64,000 nt of DNA from NCBI GenBank assembly GCA_019828565.1, contig JAHDYR010000064.1:496001-560000 (forward strand), read 5' to 3'. The first letter of the stretch is position 1, and every line of letters begins with the position of its first letter. This DNA is from Carpediemonas membranifera BICM. Its lineage: Eukaryota > Protista > Fornicata. The notes under the pieces were generated by a model. It saw nothing but the letters and a program-made list of their open reading frames with translations. It was not told the origin of the DNA and did not search any database. The translations under genes were made by a program, and so were the position numbers. Shown here piece after piece: positions 1 through 9,816 of this stretch.

Positions 1-864
1 GAGGCGCCTCTTCATCGCTGGGGTGAGCGCTGTTACTCCGCGCTCGAGGGTCATGAACCCAGGCCTGACCGGTGCCATCGGCACGAACGGAACGAGCTTC
101 GGCTCTGGCAGGGCCTGACTGAGCTCGAGGTTCACGGCACGAGTGAGTGTGACCAGCTTGGTCACTGCAGCACTCATGCGCGTGACGCACGACAGCACGC
201 CGACGAGGGCCTCGGCCACGGTACCAGTGCGACCCACCCGTTGCCCCTCGGGCAATGCATGCATTTGACGATGATGCATGCCATGATCGGCGGATATTGC
301 GGCTAACTCGGTGTCGAGCTCGCCTTGGGTGTCGAGAAAATCCTGTCGAACACCCGGCCGATCATGGAGGAGCGGACGCACCCGTTCTAACCCAGCACGA
401 AGACGGGTCAGGTACCCGGGTGACGCGCGCGAGAGCCAGACCCGGGTGGCTGTGGAGTACTCGCCCAACCAGGTGTCAAATGGCTTGCACAAGCCAATGT
501 AGCTATAAGCCGTGACGAAGTCCTGGACGAGTGGGGTTATGTCAGGGTCCCTCCACATCGCCAGGTCGCCAATCCACCTGCACCGATCCGCTGCCTTTGC
601 CTTGGACACCTTTTGCTGAGCAATGCTGACGATCTGCGCGAGGACTTCCTCGTCGAACAGGTTGACCGTCCTCGGTAGGGTCAACGCGTGCGCAGATGCA
701 GAGACGCACGCAAGCAGGCAAGTGAATGTGTACTTAGCCTGCGTGAAAGAACGCATGCCGGGTTCAAGATTTCCTCGCCGCGGCGCGTTGTTATCGCCTC
801 CACCGTTAATCTCGCCAATGGCCTTGTTAACGGATGCCTTCACCGTGTATATCTTGGAAGGCAT
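1..864 (-). CDS. Fanzor1-like (eukaryotic TnpB-derived) protein, N-terminal 288 aa, runs off the window edge
   Basis: Manual translation gives an open frame from ATG 864 to base 1 (MPSKIYTVKASVNKAI...MWRDPDITPLVQDF...EYSTATRVWL...PKLVPFVPMAPVRPGFMTLE...). It is absent from the ORF track because it has no stop in the window. Motif order resembles Fanzor1 WED-REC-WED; RuvC is not visible. Confidence 0.6.
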   Translation of the reverse strand, partial: MPSKIYTVKASVNKAIGEINGGGDNNAPRRGNLEPGMRSFTQAKYTFTCLLACVSASAHALTLPRTVNLFDEEVLAQIVSIAQQKVSKAKAADRCRWIGDLAMWRDPDITPLVQDFVTAYSYIGLCKPFDTWLGEYSTATRVWLSRASPGYLTRLRAGLERVRPLLHDRPGVRQDFLDTQGELDTELAAISADHGMHHRQMHALPEGQRVGRTGTVAEALVGVLSCVTRMSAAVTKLVTLTRAVNLELSQALPEPKLVPFVPMAPVRPGFMTLERGVTALTPAMKRRL

Positions 865-924
865 CGGAGTCTATTGAGCTGCCTGCATCGATCATTTCTT
901 TTCAGGGTTCATCAGCTGGCAGCA

Positions 925-1200
925 TCCCTCAAAACACAAGAAACCAGCATCATACAACACAAAGCGTCTTTACTACTAGTTACAACCGTTTTCCACCACT
1001 AGTATCTCTCACAACAGACGAAGATGACGAAGACGACGACGACATGAGCTTCAGACGCCGGCAATGGACGACAGATGAGCGCGTAACAGACGAGCACAGA
1101 CGCGAAAGAAGTCAGCAGCGTTCGACACAGACGATGGACGACGCATCTTTTCGTGCAGACCGACGACTGAAAGCACGAAAGCCCGATGGTACAGACGAGG
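925..1200 (-). mobile_element. Probable retroelement 3'UTR remnant (ACAGACG-rich)
   Basis: 1137-1152 (16 bp) and 1064-1075 (12 bp) are exact reverse complements of 3185-3200 and 3199-3210, the 3'UTR of the retro fragment near 3.1 kb. The minus strand has AGTAAA near 970. Confidence 0.4.
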
Positions 1201-1275
1201 GCTGAAGTGGGTGAGTGGAGGTGTGTCTTCTCGTAGTGACCATAAAATGCACCCCTCTGAAAATGGCGGGCTCCT

Positions 1276-1590
1276 CGTCACGCTATCTGCCAGTCGCCGA
1301 GTCGCTGGGACATCCACCGGCTCAAATTCGACATCGCCGTTGCACTCGCTGAGGGTAACTGCCGGGTCTACAACGCCTCCACGGGGGCGACTGACCCCTC
1401 CTTCAAACCCTCCTCGACTTGAAGAGATTGCCGGGCGCGGTGTTCAGTGGCGAGATGCAGTGCGAGTGTGTGAGAGTTTGCAGGTGTGAGAAGTGAGTCA
1501 CGGACCCCGGTGCGTTGCTGATTGGCTCGACTTTGGCGAGGCTGATTCATCGAGACGAGAACAAGGCTCAGGGTGATGGTTATAAACAAC
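1276..1590 (+). mobile_element. 5'-truncated non-LTR retrotransposon 3' end (RLE-type C-terminus plus 3'UTR)
   Basis: Frame 1276-1422 reads RHAICQSPSRWDIHRLKFDIAVALAEGNCRVYNAS...*, resembling the terminal 'S/A-V-A-L-x-x-G-N' helix of RLE endonuclease elements. TATAAA lies near 1581. Confidence 0.5.
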
Positions 1591-1678
1591 AAAGCTCTGA
1601 ATATACTCGAGTAATAACGCTACATCTTCCTTCTGACATAGACTGCCAGACATTTAAGGGAATTTAAGATGGCATCGC

Positions 1679-3017
1679 TCACCCCCACAGACCCCGTGCC
1701 GCGCCCACGGCATCCTGGGGCGCCATGCCCGCGAGCCCCTCGAGGAACTGGACGACGGCCCCAAGCCCCAGAGTGCGGGCGCCCCGGGAACTGCCCAGAC
1801 TCACCGTGTCGTCGAACAGGGTGAGCTCGAGCCTTTCAGACCCAAGCGAGATCTCGAACCTGGACGCGATCGAACAAGGCCCGCCCGGGCGGATCTCGTG
1901 TGTGCTGCCTGTTGGTCGGAAGCCGAGGCCCACCAGAGACGCCAGCACAGCCTGCATGCTCACGGAATGCACCGCCAGCGTCTGCACGGCACCGGTGACG
2001 GTGTGGTCGGCGGGCTTGCCGCCCATGAAGTGGACCGACGTCGCGGATAGCCGGCCATCGATGACGTACCGGCCGCCCTCGAAAACAGCGAACAGCACCG
2101 CGTCGCTGTGGAGCCCGGGGGGGCAGTCCTTGGCGACGATAACGGGCACTTCGTCCTTGGAGAGGCCGATGGCGATGGGGGGCCGGTCGCGGTGGTAGTG
2201 CACGGTGACCCAGTTGCCGTCGACCGCACGCCAGTCAGTGGGGTCTGACAGCGCCTCGCTCTTCATCAGGCGGAAGAGGTAGCTGTGTATGGCCGCCCTA
2301 CTGGCGTCGTCGAGCTGGGCGAGGGTAACACCGTGCTCCAGGGCCACCTGACGCGGCGCGAAGTCGAAGCCGACGTCAGCCACCACCCTCGGCAATGAAC
2401 GCACCTCTCTGGCCGCCTGTACGGCCCGGGATGGCCTCAGGGGGTACCGTCCGGCAGCCTCCGCGACTGCATCGAGACTGTACGCGCCGGAGGAGGCGCG
2501 GATCTGCTCAAGCCCGTGTCCAATGATCCCTGCGCACTTATTGAGCGTGCTGTACTTCCTGGCGAGGCAGTGCTGGAAGGACATCGCCAGGGGGCCCAGG
2601 GCGTCGGGGTCGTCGGGTTGGTCTGGGTCTGGCACCGTCATGCCGAGCACGGGATCCTCAGTACTCGCCAGCGTGTTCATGATCTCCCGCAGAGCGTTGA
2701 GCTCGATGTTCATTGACTGAATTTGCGCGATCATCGTCTGCTGCGCGTGGTCCAGCGCCTCGATGCGTGCAGCGTCATTCTCACCGTCAGGACGTTGCTT
2801 GCTGATGTAGTTCATAATATATTGGTCGTTGTATACAGCCTTGAGCTGCTCAGCTGGCGTGAATTGGCTGCGTGAGGGCTGGAATGAGTGCATACCGCTT
2901 TGGCACAGGAATAGGGATCGTTGAGCGAGTATAATCCTCGATAAAGTGATGAAAAGTCTCTTTCTCGTTCACAGAGAGGTACACTGGGAGACCAAGTGCC
3001 TCTATGGCCGATTCCAT
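1679..3017 (-). CDS. Hypothetical protein, two exons (3017-2896, 2867-1679)
   Basis: A 28-nt GTATGC...CTCACGCAG intron joins ORF 2850..3116 in frame to ORF 1679..2893 (PKR/QFTPAEQ). The start (MESAIEALG) is inferred. Confidence 0.7.
2868..2895 (-). other. Spliceosomal intron, 28 nt
   Basis: GTATGCACTCATTCCAGCCCTCACGCAG; removal restores the frame. Confidence 0.75.
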
Positions 3018-3024
3018 TGGTTCA

Positions 3025-3221
3025 ATGCTCGTGCAGTTTATGAATGAGGCTGTGAACGGCAGGTGGGCCCGAGACAGCATGCTGGGAGACATCGCGGCGT
3101 CTCTCATCCGGGACAACTACATCATCTTCAACGTCTACCGGGGTCAGGTGGGAGCTGCTTCAGCGGCCATCTAACCAGCGCAGAGAAAAGATGCGTCGTC
3201 TGTCGTCCATCTCATGTAAAC
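3025..3221 (+). mobile_element. Second 5'-truncated non-LTR retrotransposon 3' end
   Basis: Frame 3025-3174 reads MLVQFMNEAVNGRWARDSMLGDIAASLIRDNYIIFNVY...*, with the same RW-x7-DIA-x2-L-x3-N-x3-[YF]N spacing as the 1276 fragment. TGTAAA follows near 3215. Confidence 0.5.
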
Positions 3222-3493
3222 AGCTGGCTCAGGCCGACAGCTCGACTGGCAGAAGCTCTAGGGGGCTGAACAGTCCCAGCTTGACGCTCCACTTGTCATA
3301 TTTATGTCAATTGCCACGCGCCCCGCTAATTTGGCCACTGGTCACTTCGGGCCGCGCGGAGCGTGGTGAGCTATTGTTTACGTGGGATCGTATGTAAATA
3401 GTTTATGTCATTTCGTCGAGGAGGTGACTCAGCCCTCGTCGACAGTAGGTTGTCGTTGTCCACCACCATCACATCAAGCGACATCACAAGCCC

Positions 3494-4993
3494 CTACCAC
3501 CCGTCCGACGATAGGTCGCTGTCGGCCGGGAAGTACTCGTCCAGCAGCATGATCGCCTGCTCGTACACCCGCAGGTTAGAGCTGAACGTCAGCCGCCCAA
3601 GCACGTCCCGGACCCCTGCTGCCTCGGCCATCGCCGCCCAGTCGCCCGTCGGAGGTTGGTGGGCCAGTAGCGTGTCTAGCGTCTTCATAGCGAGCAGGCT
3701 AAGACGGTCTGACTCGACCGCCTGAGTCAGGATCTCCGTGACGGTGTCAATGACGGCCATGTCGTAAACAGCCATCTGCAGGGCGTCACTCGACCGGCCG
3801 TTGTTGATCAGATTCAATAGGATATAGCAGATCTCGTACTGAACGGCGTGGGATGCACGCGGGGCCCAGCTAATGATGAATTCAAACAGCGAATGCCCGA
3901 GCACGGCCATCACCTGGTCCGGCGGGCCCAGCATCAGGGAGGACACCGTCCAGCACACCTCACACGCCACAGTGTCGGCCGGCTTGGCAGCTAGGACGGT
4001 CTGGGCGAGGTCCAGCAGCCCGCCCCGCCCCAGCTCGGCGACAACGGCGGGGGGCCCGTCGGCGATGATTGTTCCAAACAGTCGGAAGCAGGCGGCGGTG
4101 AGCGCGGGCCGAGTAGCAGCTGCTGCGAGGAGGCGGGGCGCGAGGCCCTCGGCTCCGGTGAGGGCTCGGCCGTCCGTCTCGACGATCGTGGTCAACGCGC
4201 CCAAGACCTCAACCAGCATGCCCTCCACTGTGCGGGCCTCGCCAATCGCAGGATCCAGGGCACTGAGCTCGTCGACGAGACTAGCGGCTAGCCGGGCTGT
4301 CGGGACTGCAAGTGGGATGGCCGCGAGGGCCAACGGTGACTTGCAGAGACACGAGAGTGCCCACACACTACTCTTCCGGCCCCCAAGAGTGCCTCCCGGG
4401 CCGGTGGCGAGCTGGAGTGCCTTGCGGGCTACCCCCTGATCGACGATGGTGGCCCTCGCAGCCGAGTCCTCGAACGAGATGTTGGCGAGGGTACACAATG
4501 CATGCTCCACGATCCTAGAGTCTGGCCCGTGCAGCTGTGCGACGAGGGCTGGGACTGCAGGGATCACTGCGACGGCGTGGGCATGCGTCGAGGCCGCCAA
4601 GGACCCCAGGACGCACAGGGCGTTCAGGCGGGTCGGGGAATCGACCTGGCAGAGCGCTTCTGCGATGGAAGGTATCATGGCGTGCTTGACGACCCAGTTG
4701 AGCGGATTGGGCTTGCGGTTGTGCGCCCGGTCACATATGCGGCGGAGGCAGCGGATAGCCTTGAGCTTCAGCACGGCATCAATGCCACCAATGGGTTCCT
4801 TCAACTCTCTAACAGCGGTTTCGGTGACTTCAATGACTTCATCCTCATCGTCGAGGCTGATCTCGTTCTCAATGCTCATAGCGGCAAGAAAAGCATCATC
4901 GCGCTTCTTCTTTCGGAGCTGCTGCAAACTACCTCGTCTCTGTAGCCTGCACTCACGTTGACTGAACGCAGCACGCGTGTTTTCACGGTGCAT
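3494..4993 (-). CDS. Importin-alpha (karyopherin alpha) family protein
   Basis: IBB-like N-terminus (RLQRR...QLRKKKRDD), ARM repeats (ALCTLANI, SVWALSCL, VCWTVSSL) and C-terminal VYEQAIMLLDEYF. Confidence 0.85.
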   Translation of the reverse strand: MHRENTRAAFSQRECRLQRRGSLQQLRKKKRDDAFLAAMSIENEISLDDEDEVIEVTETAVRELKEPIGGIDAVLKLKAIRCLRRICDRAHNRKPNPLNWVVKHAMIPSIAEALCQVDSPTRLNALCVLGSLAASTHAHAVAVIPAVPALVAQLHGPDSRIVEHALCTLANISFEDSAARATIVDQGVARKALQLATGPGGTLGGRKSSVWALSCLCKSPLALAAIPLAVPTARLAASLVDELSALDPAIGEARTVEGMLVEVLGALTTIVETDGRALTGAEGLAPRLLAAAATRPALTAACFRLFGTIIADGPPAVVAELGRGGLLDLAQTVLAAKPADTVACEVCWTVSSLMLGPPDQVMAVLGHSLFEFIISWAPRASHAVQYEICYILLNLINNGRSSDALQMAVYDMAVIDTVTEILTQAVESDRLSLLAMKTLDTLLAHQPPTGDWAAMAEAAGVRDVLGRLTFSSNLRVYEQAIMLLDEYFPADSDLSSDGW

Positions 4994-5105
4994 GCTGTGT
5001 TTTCGTGTGATAGATTCGCAGATCGATTCGATTGCCCAGTGGATGTCGCCCCGAGTCCATTCAAAAGGGGCAGCTGCACTTTACTAGTCTAGTCCTTGAA
5101 TCACC

Positions 5106-6701
5106 CTAGTCAAAGTCGTCGGCCAGGTCATCAAACAGGTACGTCGTCGCCGATCTGTGTCGCATCGTCTCCTCCACGCGGGGCTGCTGATCCCAGAGCT
5201 GCTGCGTCGCCCGAGTAAGCTCGGCGATCTGCTTCTGCTGTGCTCGCGACGCCTTCCGCGCGCGCAGTGAGATGACGACGACGGTCAGCGCCATGCCAGC
5301 AAATATGAACAGGGCGACAACGACGCCGCCCAGTGCAGCCGCCAGCCCGACCCTCAGCCGGTAGTCCATGGTGCTGAATGCGTACTGTATGTACTCCCAG
5401 GCGGTGTCATAGTCGAGTGAGTCGTAGGACCATGTCGTGTTGAACGTATGGTCTGCACAGTCGACGCTCATCATCGACTTCGGGTTATACAGTGTCCCGG
5501 TCGAGTTGGTGCAGCACTCACAGGAGAAGGAGCCCGTGTCCTCATCGATAACCTTGCACAGCATCCCGCAGAACGACGGCATCACCAATAGAGACTGCAG
5601 CAACACGTCGGGATCCTCCTCGGCATGAGGCAGGACGAACTCGAGCGTCGACGCCGCCCCGTCCAGTGAGAAGGCCCCCGTGCAGGTCAGGCTGGCGTCA
5701 ACGGCGTCGTCCGGGACGAGGAAGTAAGCTATGGTGAAGTAGCCGGGGTAGAGGGGCGTTGTTGTCGCCGACTGGAGGGTGCAGGCAAACGACCCCGCCG
5801 ACCCTGTGCACCGCACCGCAGAGGGCATCGCCAGCGTGGAGTCTAGGGTGGCCTCGAGGTGAGTGACGGCGATGGACAGGTATCGCGTCGACTTCGTCAC
5901 AGTCGCTTTGTACAGGAAGTTGCTCGAGAGGCTGGCGTCATTCAGCGTGAAGAGACTAAGGTCGAGTGTGATGGAGACAGCGAGATCGACGTTACTGACG
6001 ACCGCGACCTGCGCTGACGATGATTTGAAGGCGACGTTGTCGTCCGGGGCAAACTCCGAGAACTGGTCCCAGAAACTCGAGCCAGCCACCCGCACGGGCG
6101 AGAAAGGGTCATCGCACGTCGCCGCAGCGCTGTAGGATGCCTCTGAGATGCCGACCTGGTTGACGGCCGTCCCGAACAGCTCGGTGGGCATAAACGCCAG
6201 CGCCCCGTCCGGGTTTTTCACTAAGTAGGCGCCATCCCATGGCACGTCTGACCCAATTACGACGTCTATGTCGAAGTCTACTGTATTCACGGCGTTCTTG
6301 AACGATGCAACAGACAGACTTGCCCCGGCAACCTCGTAAACCGTGTAGTGACTGGCATTATGGTGCAGCGTCGGCGTCGTGCAGTCAGCACAGGCCGCAT
6401 CAGCGCACGACACGGCATCGAGAGCGGCGTATGCGTTCCGCACGGTGGTTGCTTGCGAGACAGCCAGCGATGTGATTGCAAGGAGGTTCAGGGAAACTAT
6501 GTTGCCTGAGTTCAAAGTATATTGCTGCAGTCCCACCGAGAAGAAGTTATCAGTGTCGAATCGGAGCTGGGCCCCGAGGTTAGACGTGGTTGAATGGATG
6601 GTGAGTGTGTCGCCGGAGATACTGCAGTCCACAACACCTACGTCACAGAGGCTATCCAGCGCCATCATTAGCAGCAGTATACACAGGATTATGGCCCTCA
6701 T
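5106..6701 (-). CDS. Type I membrane protein with signal peptide and Cys-containing beta-rich ectodomain
   Basis: 531 aa with a hydrophobic N-terminus and one C-terminal TM segment (VGLAAALGGVVVALFIFAGMALTVVVISL) followed by basic residues. Confidence 0.75.
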   Translation of the reverse strand: MRAIILCILLLMMALDSLCDVGVVDCSISGDTLTIHSTTSNLGAQLRFDTDNFFSVGLQQYTLNSGNIVSLNLLAITSLAVSQATTVRNAYAALDAVSCADAACADCTTPTLHHNASHYTVYEVAGASLSVASFKNAVNTVDFDIDVVIGSDVPWDGAYLVKNPDGALAFMPTELFGTAVNQVGISEASYSAAATCDDPFSPVRVAGSSFWDQFSEFAPDDNVAFKSSSAQVAVVSNVDLAVSITLDLSLFTLNDASLSSNFLYKATVTKSTRYLSIAVTHLEATLDSTLAMPSAVRCTGSAGSFACTLQSATTTPLYPGYFTIAYFLVPDDAVDASLTCTGAFSLDGAASTLEFVLPHAEEDPDVLLQSLLVMPSFCGMLCKVIDEDTGSFSCECCTNSTGTLYNPKSMMSVDCADHTFNTTWSYDSLDYDTAWEYIQYAFSTMDYRLRVGLAAALGGVVVALFIFAGMALTVVVISLRARKASRAQQKQIAELTRATQQLWDQQPRVEETMRHRSATTYLFDDLADDFD

Positions 6702-6814
6702 CGCAATAGGCTGGTGGAATTTTGCACATCATCTTCCACTATTGGGCAACGATCCGGCTGCACCTCAGCAAGCCGGATCGAGCGTAGTACTCATGCCCCG
6801 CGCTGCTGTTTATG

Positions 6815-7939
6815 CTAAGTGTACAATGTACGCGCTGCCCCGGATTTCTGCTCCCGCTGCATCACTGGCCGCTGCGAAAAACGGGGCTTCTTAGTCATGA
6901 GCACTGAGTGGCCCCGCCGCGCCATGTTTCGCCCCAGCCGGCACCAATCCCACTCCAGCACTGGGGGCATGGGGGGCGCCACCTGACCGCTGTTGTTGAC
7001 GAACGTCGTCGGGTCGGCGTAGTCATCGCCCAGGAGGTGTGTCGAGTCAACAATGGCCTTGGACTCGATGGTGTCGTCGTCGTCCATCAGCATATTGTGC
7101 AGCACGTCGTGCATCCTGCGGTGTACGTTGAACTGGTCCATGACGGCGACCGCCTCGTCCTCCCCCGTCTCAATGTCAATGGGGTCGACGATGCACACAG
7201 GTGTGTCGGCTGTCAGGCACTGGTAGGGGTGGTTGGATTCAAAGGGCGGCCCCAGCTTCGTGATGAGCGGTGTCGAGAGAAGGACGTTGAGGATGTCGTA
7301 TGCTCGCCGGTAGTCGATGCCGATGTTGCTGAATACCTCCTTGAACATCGATTTCCCCCGGATCATCAGCATCCGGACGATCTTGACCGTGCTCTCCTCC
7401 AGCCCCTCTCGCGTCGAGTACCGCCGCTTGTTCGCCGTCACGGGGTTGAGGTACCGGTTTCGCCTGAACACAACCGCATGCTCCTCGTCTGAGAGCGGGT
7501 TATTCGGCACAATGACGCGCTTCTTCTCCTCCTTCTCCTTCAGCCGCCGCCCAAGGTTAGCCTGGACCTCCAGTTGCTCCTCCTTGTCAATATCTTGTGA
7601 CGCCGCCAGAAGCATCGAAAGAGGGTCGGTCGCGGTCTTTGAGGTCTTATCAGCGGCCTCCTCGGGCCCCGAGGCCATCTGGGAGAGAAACTGGGCAAGC
7701 GCCTCCTGCTCAAAGCTGCTGGTGTACTCATCCTGGCTCGGATCATTGCTGTCTTTGCTCAACTCTCTTGCTTCATCTGGTTCTTTCCGCAGCACCTCTT
7801 CTTCTGGTGAGGGTGCCTTTGTCTTCTCCGCTTCGGCCGCTGCTGCTCGAGTGGCCATGACAGTGTCTGTGATTGTAGCCATAAGCGTCTCAATCGATGA
7901 ATATGTCTCGGGCTCATTCAGTTGCCGTCGAAATAGCAT
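6815..7939 (-). CDS. E2F/DP-family winged-helix transcription factor
   Basis: RRAYDILNVL matches the RRxYD-xxNVL E2F/DP DNA-recognition signature. Confidence 0.75.
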   Translation of the reverse strand: MLFRRQLNEPETYSSIETLMATITDTVMATRAAAAEAEKTKAPSPEEEVLRKEPDEARELSKDSNDPSQDEYTSSFEQEALAQFLSQMASGPEEAADKTSKTATDPLSMLLAASQDIDKEEQLEVQANLGRRLKEKEEKKRVIVPNNPLSDEEHAVVFRRNRYLNPVTANKRRYSTREGLEESTVKIVRMLMIRGKSMFKEVFSNIGIDYRRAYDILNVLLSTPLITKLGPPFESNHPYQCLTADTPVCIVDPIDIETGEDEAVAVMDQFNVHRRMHDVLHNMLMDDDDTIESKAIVDSTHLLGDDYADPTTFVNNSGQVAPPMPPVLEWDWCRLGRNMARRGHSVLMTKKPRFSQRPVMQREQKSGAARTLYT

Positions 7940-8194
7940 TCCCAGACACCAGGCGTGTCCGAGGTGCAGTTTATGGCTATAGTTTTTGCGGTAAGCAAAG
8001 TTAAGTTATGTTAAGAGAATGCTAAGTTGAACAAGCACGCGCTGCAGCGCGCGTGATATGCTGCGCACGATTGATAGAGTATGATGAACCACACTGCGAT
8101 CCTGATGCTGCTTGGATCACTGTGTGTTTTGGACTCAAGTATTCTTATCCTGCGTGGCACAGTTTTCCCTCGCCTTCCACTCAACTAAACTCAA

Positions 8195-9636
8195 CTAACT
8201 AACTAAACTCACCATCTCTACACCCGTCGCTGTGGGTCGGGGGCCGTACGGCGAGATGACCCCGGCCCCCCCATCTCTGGTGTACGTTGCGGCGAACGCG
8301 AGGCCGGGGATCATTGAGAGAGCAGCGTCACGGCAGTCGGCACAGGCAGCGACGATGTGGTACACAGTAGCGCCCTTGGGGCAGACGTTGGTGCGGTTAT
8401 CGAGCTGCAGGCACCAGACAAGGCCCGCAGGCGTCATCATGGCGTGTACGAGCTTGGCAGCCCCATCAGGGGACTCTGCCATGACGAACCCGATCCCGTG
8501 GTACGTCTCGTCGTGCCGTGCTGAGTCGGCCGAAGTCGTGTCGGCGATTACGGCGTCCGCAGTGACATGGAAGGAGACGTCGCCCGTGGAGACCCGGTAG
8601 GCATCCCCGTTGGGGTCGAGCTTGCCCTTAAGGACGTACACCCCCCCGCTGATGGCGGCCACCCGACACAGCGCCTGGATCAGCTCGCCCGACCCGTACA
8701 GCGGCACGACGAAGGGGGAAGTCACCCCGCGGCCCCCCTTGGCCAGTGTGTATCGCCCCATGGCCGTGGCGTACCGGGTGAGGGACGCCATGCCCTCGTC
8801 CAGCGGTATCGCGGCGGGCATGGCGTCTGTGAGCAGCATCCCGTGGACGATGACGGCGTGGGCCAGCTTTGTGTCGAGCGCGTAGTGGTCGAAGAGGTCC
8901 TGCATCGTCTCCAGTGCGCCGGATCCGATCAGATCAGCCAGCGGGGATTTGATCGTGTCGAGCTCCCCCGCCATGGCTGTCTCCGGCCTTGGCGCCACGC
9001 CGAAGAGCTCAGGCGCGGTAAGGCGGATGTGTGTTGAGAAGTCAGACTGGAACTGCTGCAGCCGCTTGATCGCCTGAAGCCGCTGAAGCATCGGAACGCT
9101 ACCGGTCCCGAGCGCCGCGGACAGCTGGTTAAACCGCGTGGTCAGGTCCCCGATGCCCTTTACGCCGAGGGGGAGGGCCACGGGGTTGTGCCCGGTGGTC
9201 CAGACGGTCTGGGCGTCGGGGAGTGTGAACTCTACGTACCGGTCCAGCGCGCAGCTCACGATGTGCTCTAAGAAGCGGCCACGCGCGTAGTACACTCGCG
9301 GAGATAGATCCAAGCAGTATCTTCTGGCCTTGGGTGGGTTGATGTGCTCATTGTAAGCCTCTTGGTCGTGTACAGTGATGGAGAAGTCACGGATCGCTGG
9401 GTGGGGCGTGGTCCCATGTTCGGCAAAGGATACGAGTGTTTCTAGGTCTATATTCGCGTCTTGGCCACCGTAATACTCGTTCTGGTCGATATGAAGGATT
9501 TTCTTGCCTGAAAGAGCTAATGAGCTGTGTGAGAGCGGGATACGCGGACAAACGCTGCTACAATGGATTGCGTGAGATTAGTTCCTACCAATATAGCATC
9601 GAAATGTTCTGGCTCCTTCTTGGATTCTTCAGTCAT
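8195..9636 (-). CDS. Rab escort protein / GDI superfamily (REP/Mrs6-like), exons 9636-9554 and 9524-8195
   Basis: Spliced N-terminus FDAILVGTNLTQSIVAASLALSGKKILHIDQNEYYGG; also DLSPR and PLYGSGELIQALCRVAAISGGVYVL, where the CR suggests REP rather than GDI. Confidence 0.85.
9525..9553 (-). other. Spliceosomal intron, 29 nt
   Basis: GTTTGTCCGCGTATCCCGCTCTCACACAG; removal restores the GDI/REP motif. Confidence 0.9.
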
Positions 9637-9816
9637 ATGATACGGGCATCGATGACCAAAGCCATTTACAAGTACACATACCTCTCAATGTACCGGTCCA
9701 CACCGGTCCAAGTCTGTCCAACGCCAGCCAGCCTATAGGCCGGGGGCAGAGCTGCCACTAACGCTGGCGAAACGACGATAAACTTCGTAGTCGGCAATGT
9801 ATGCTATTTACACCCC

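Noticed and set aside
879-925. Possible hammerhead ribozyme on the minus strand (CTGATGA...GAAA within a GCTGCC/GGCAGC stem)
   Set aside because: Stem II cannot pair and there is no properly placed stem III or UH cleavage site.
255-1205. Short + strand ORFs at the window start
   Set aside because: They are antisense to the longer minus-strand ORF or lie in low-complexity repeat DNA.
8081-8150. Possible C/D snoRNA (ATGATGA...CTGA)
   Set aside because: No terminal D box or stem at a plausible distance, and no recognisable rRNA guide.
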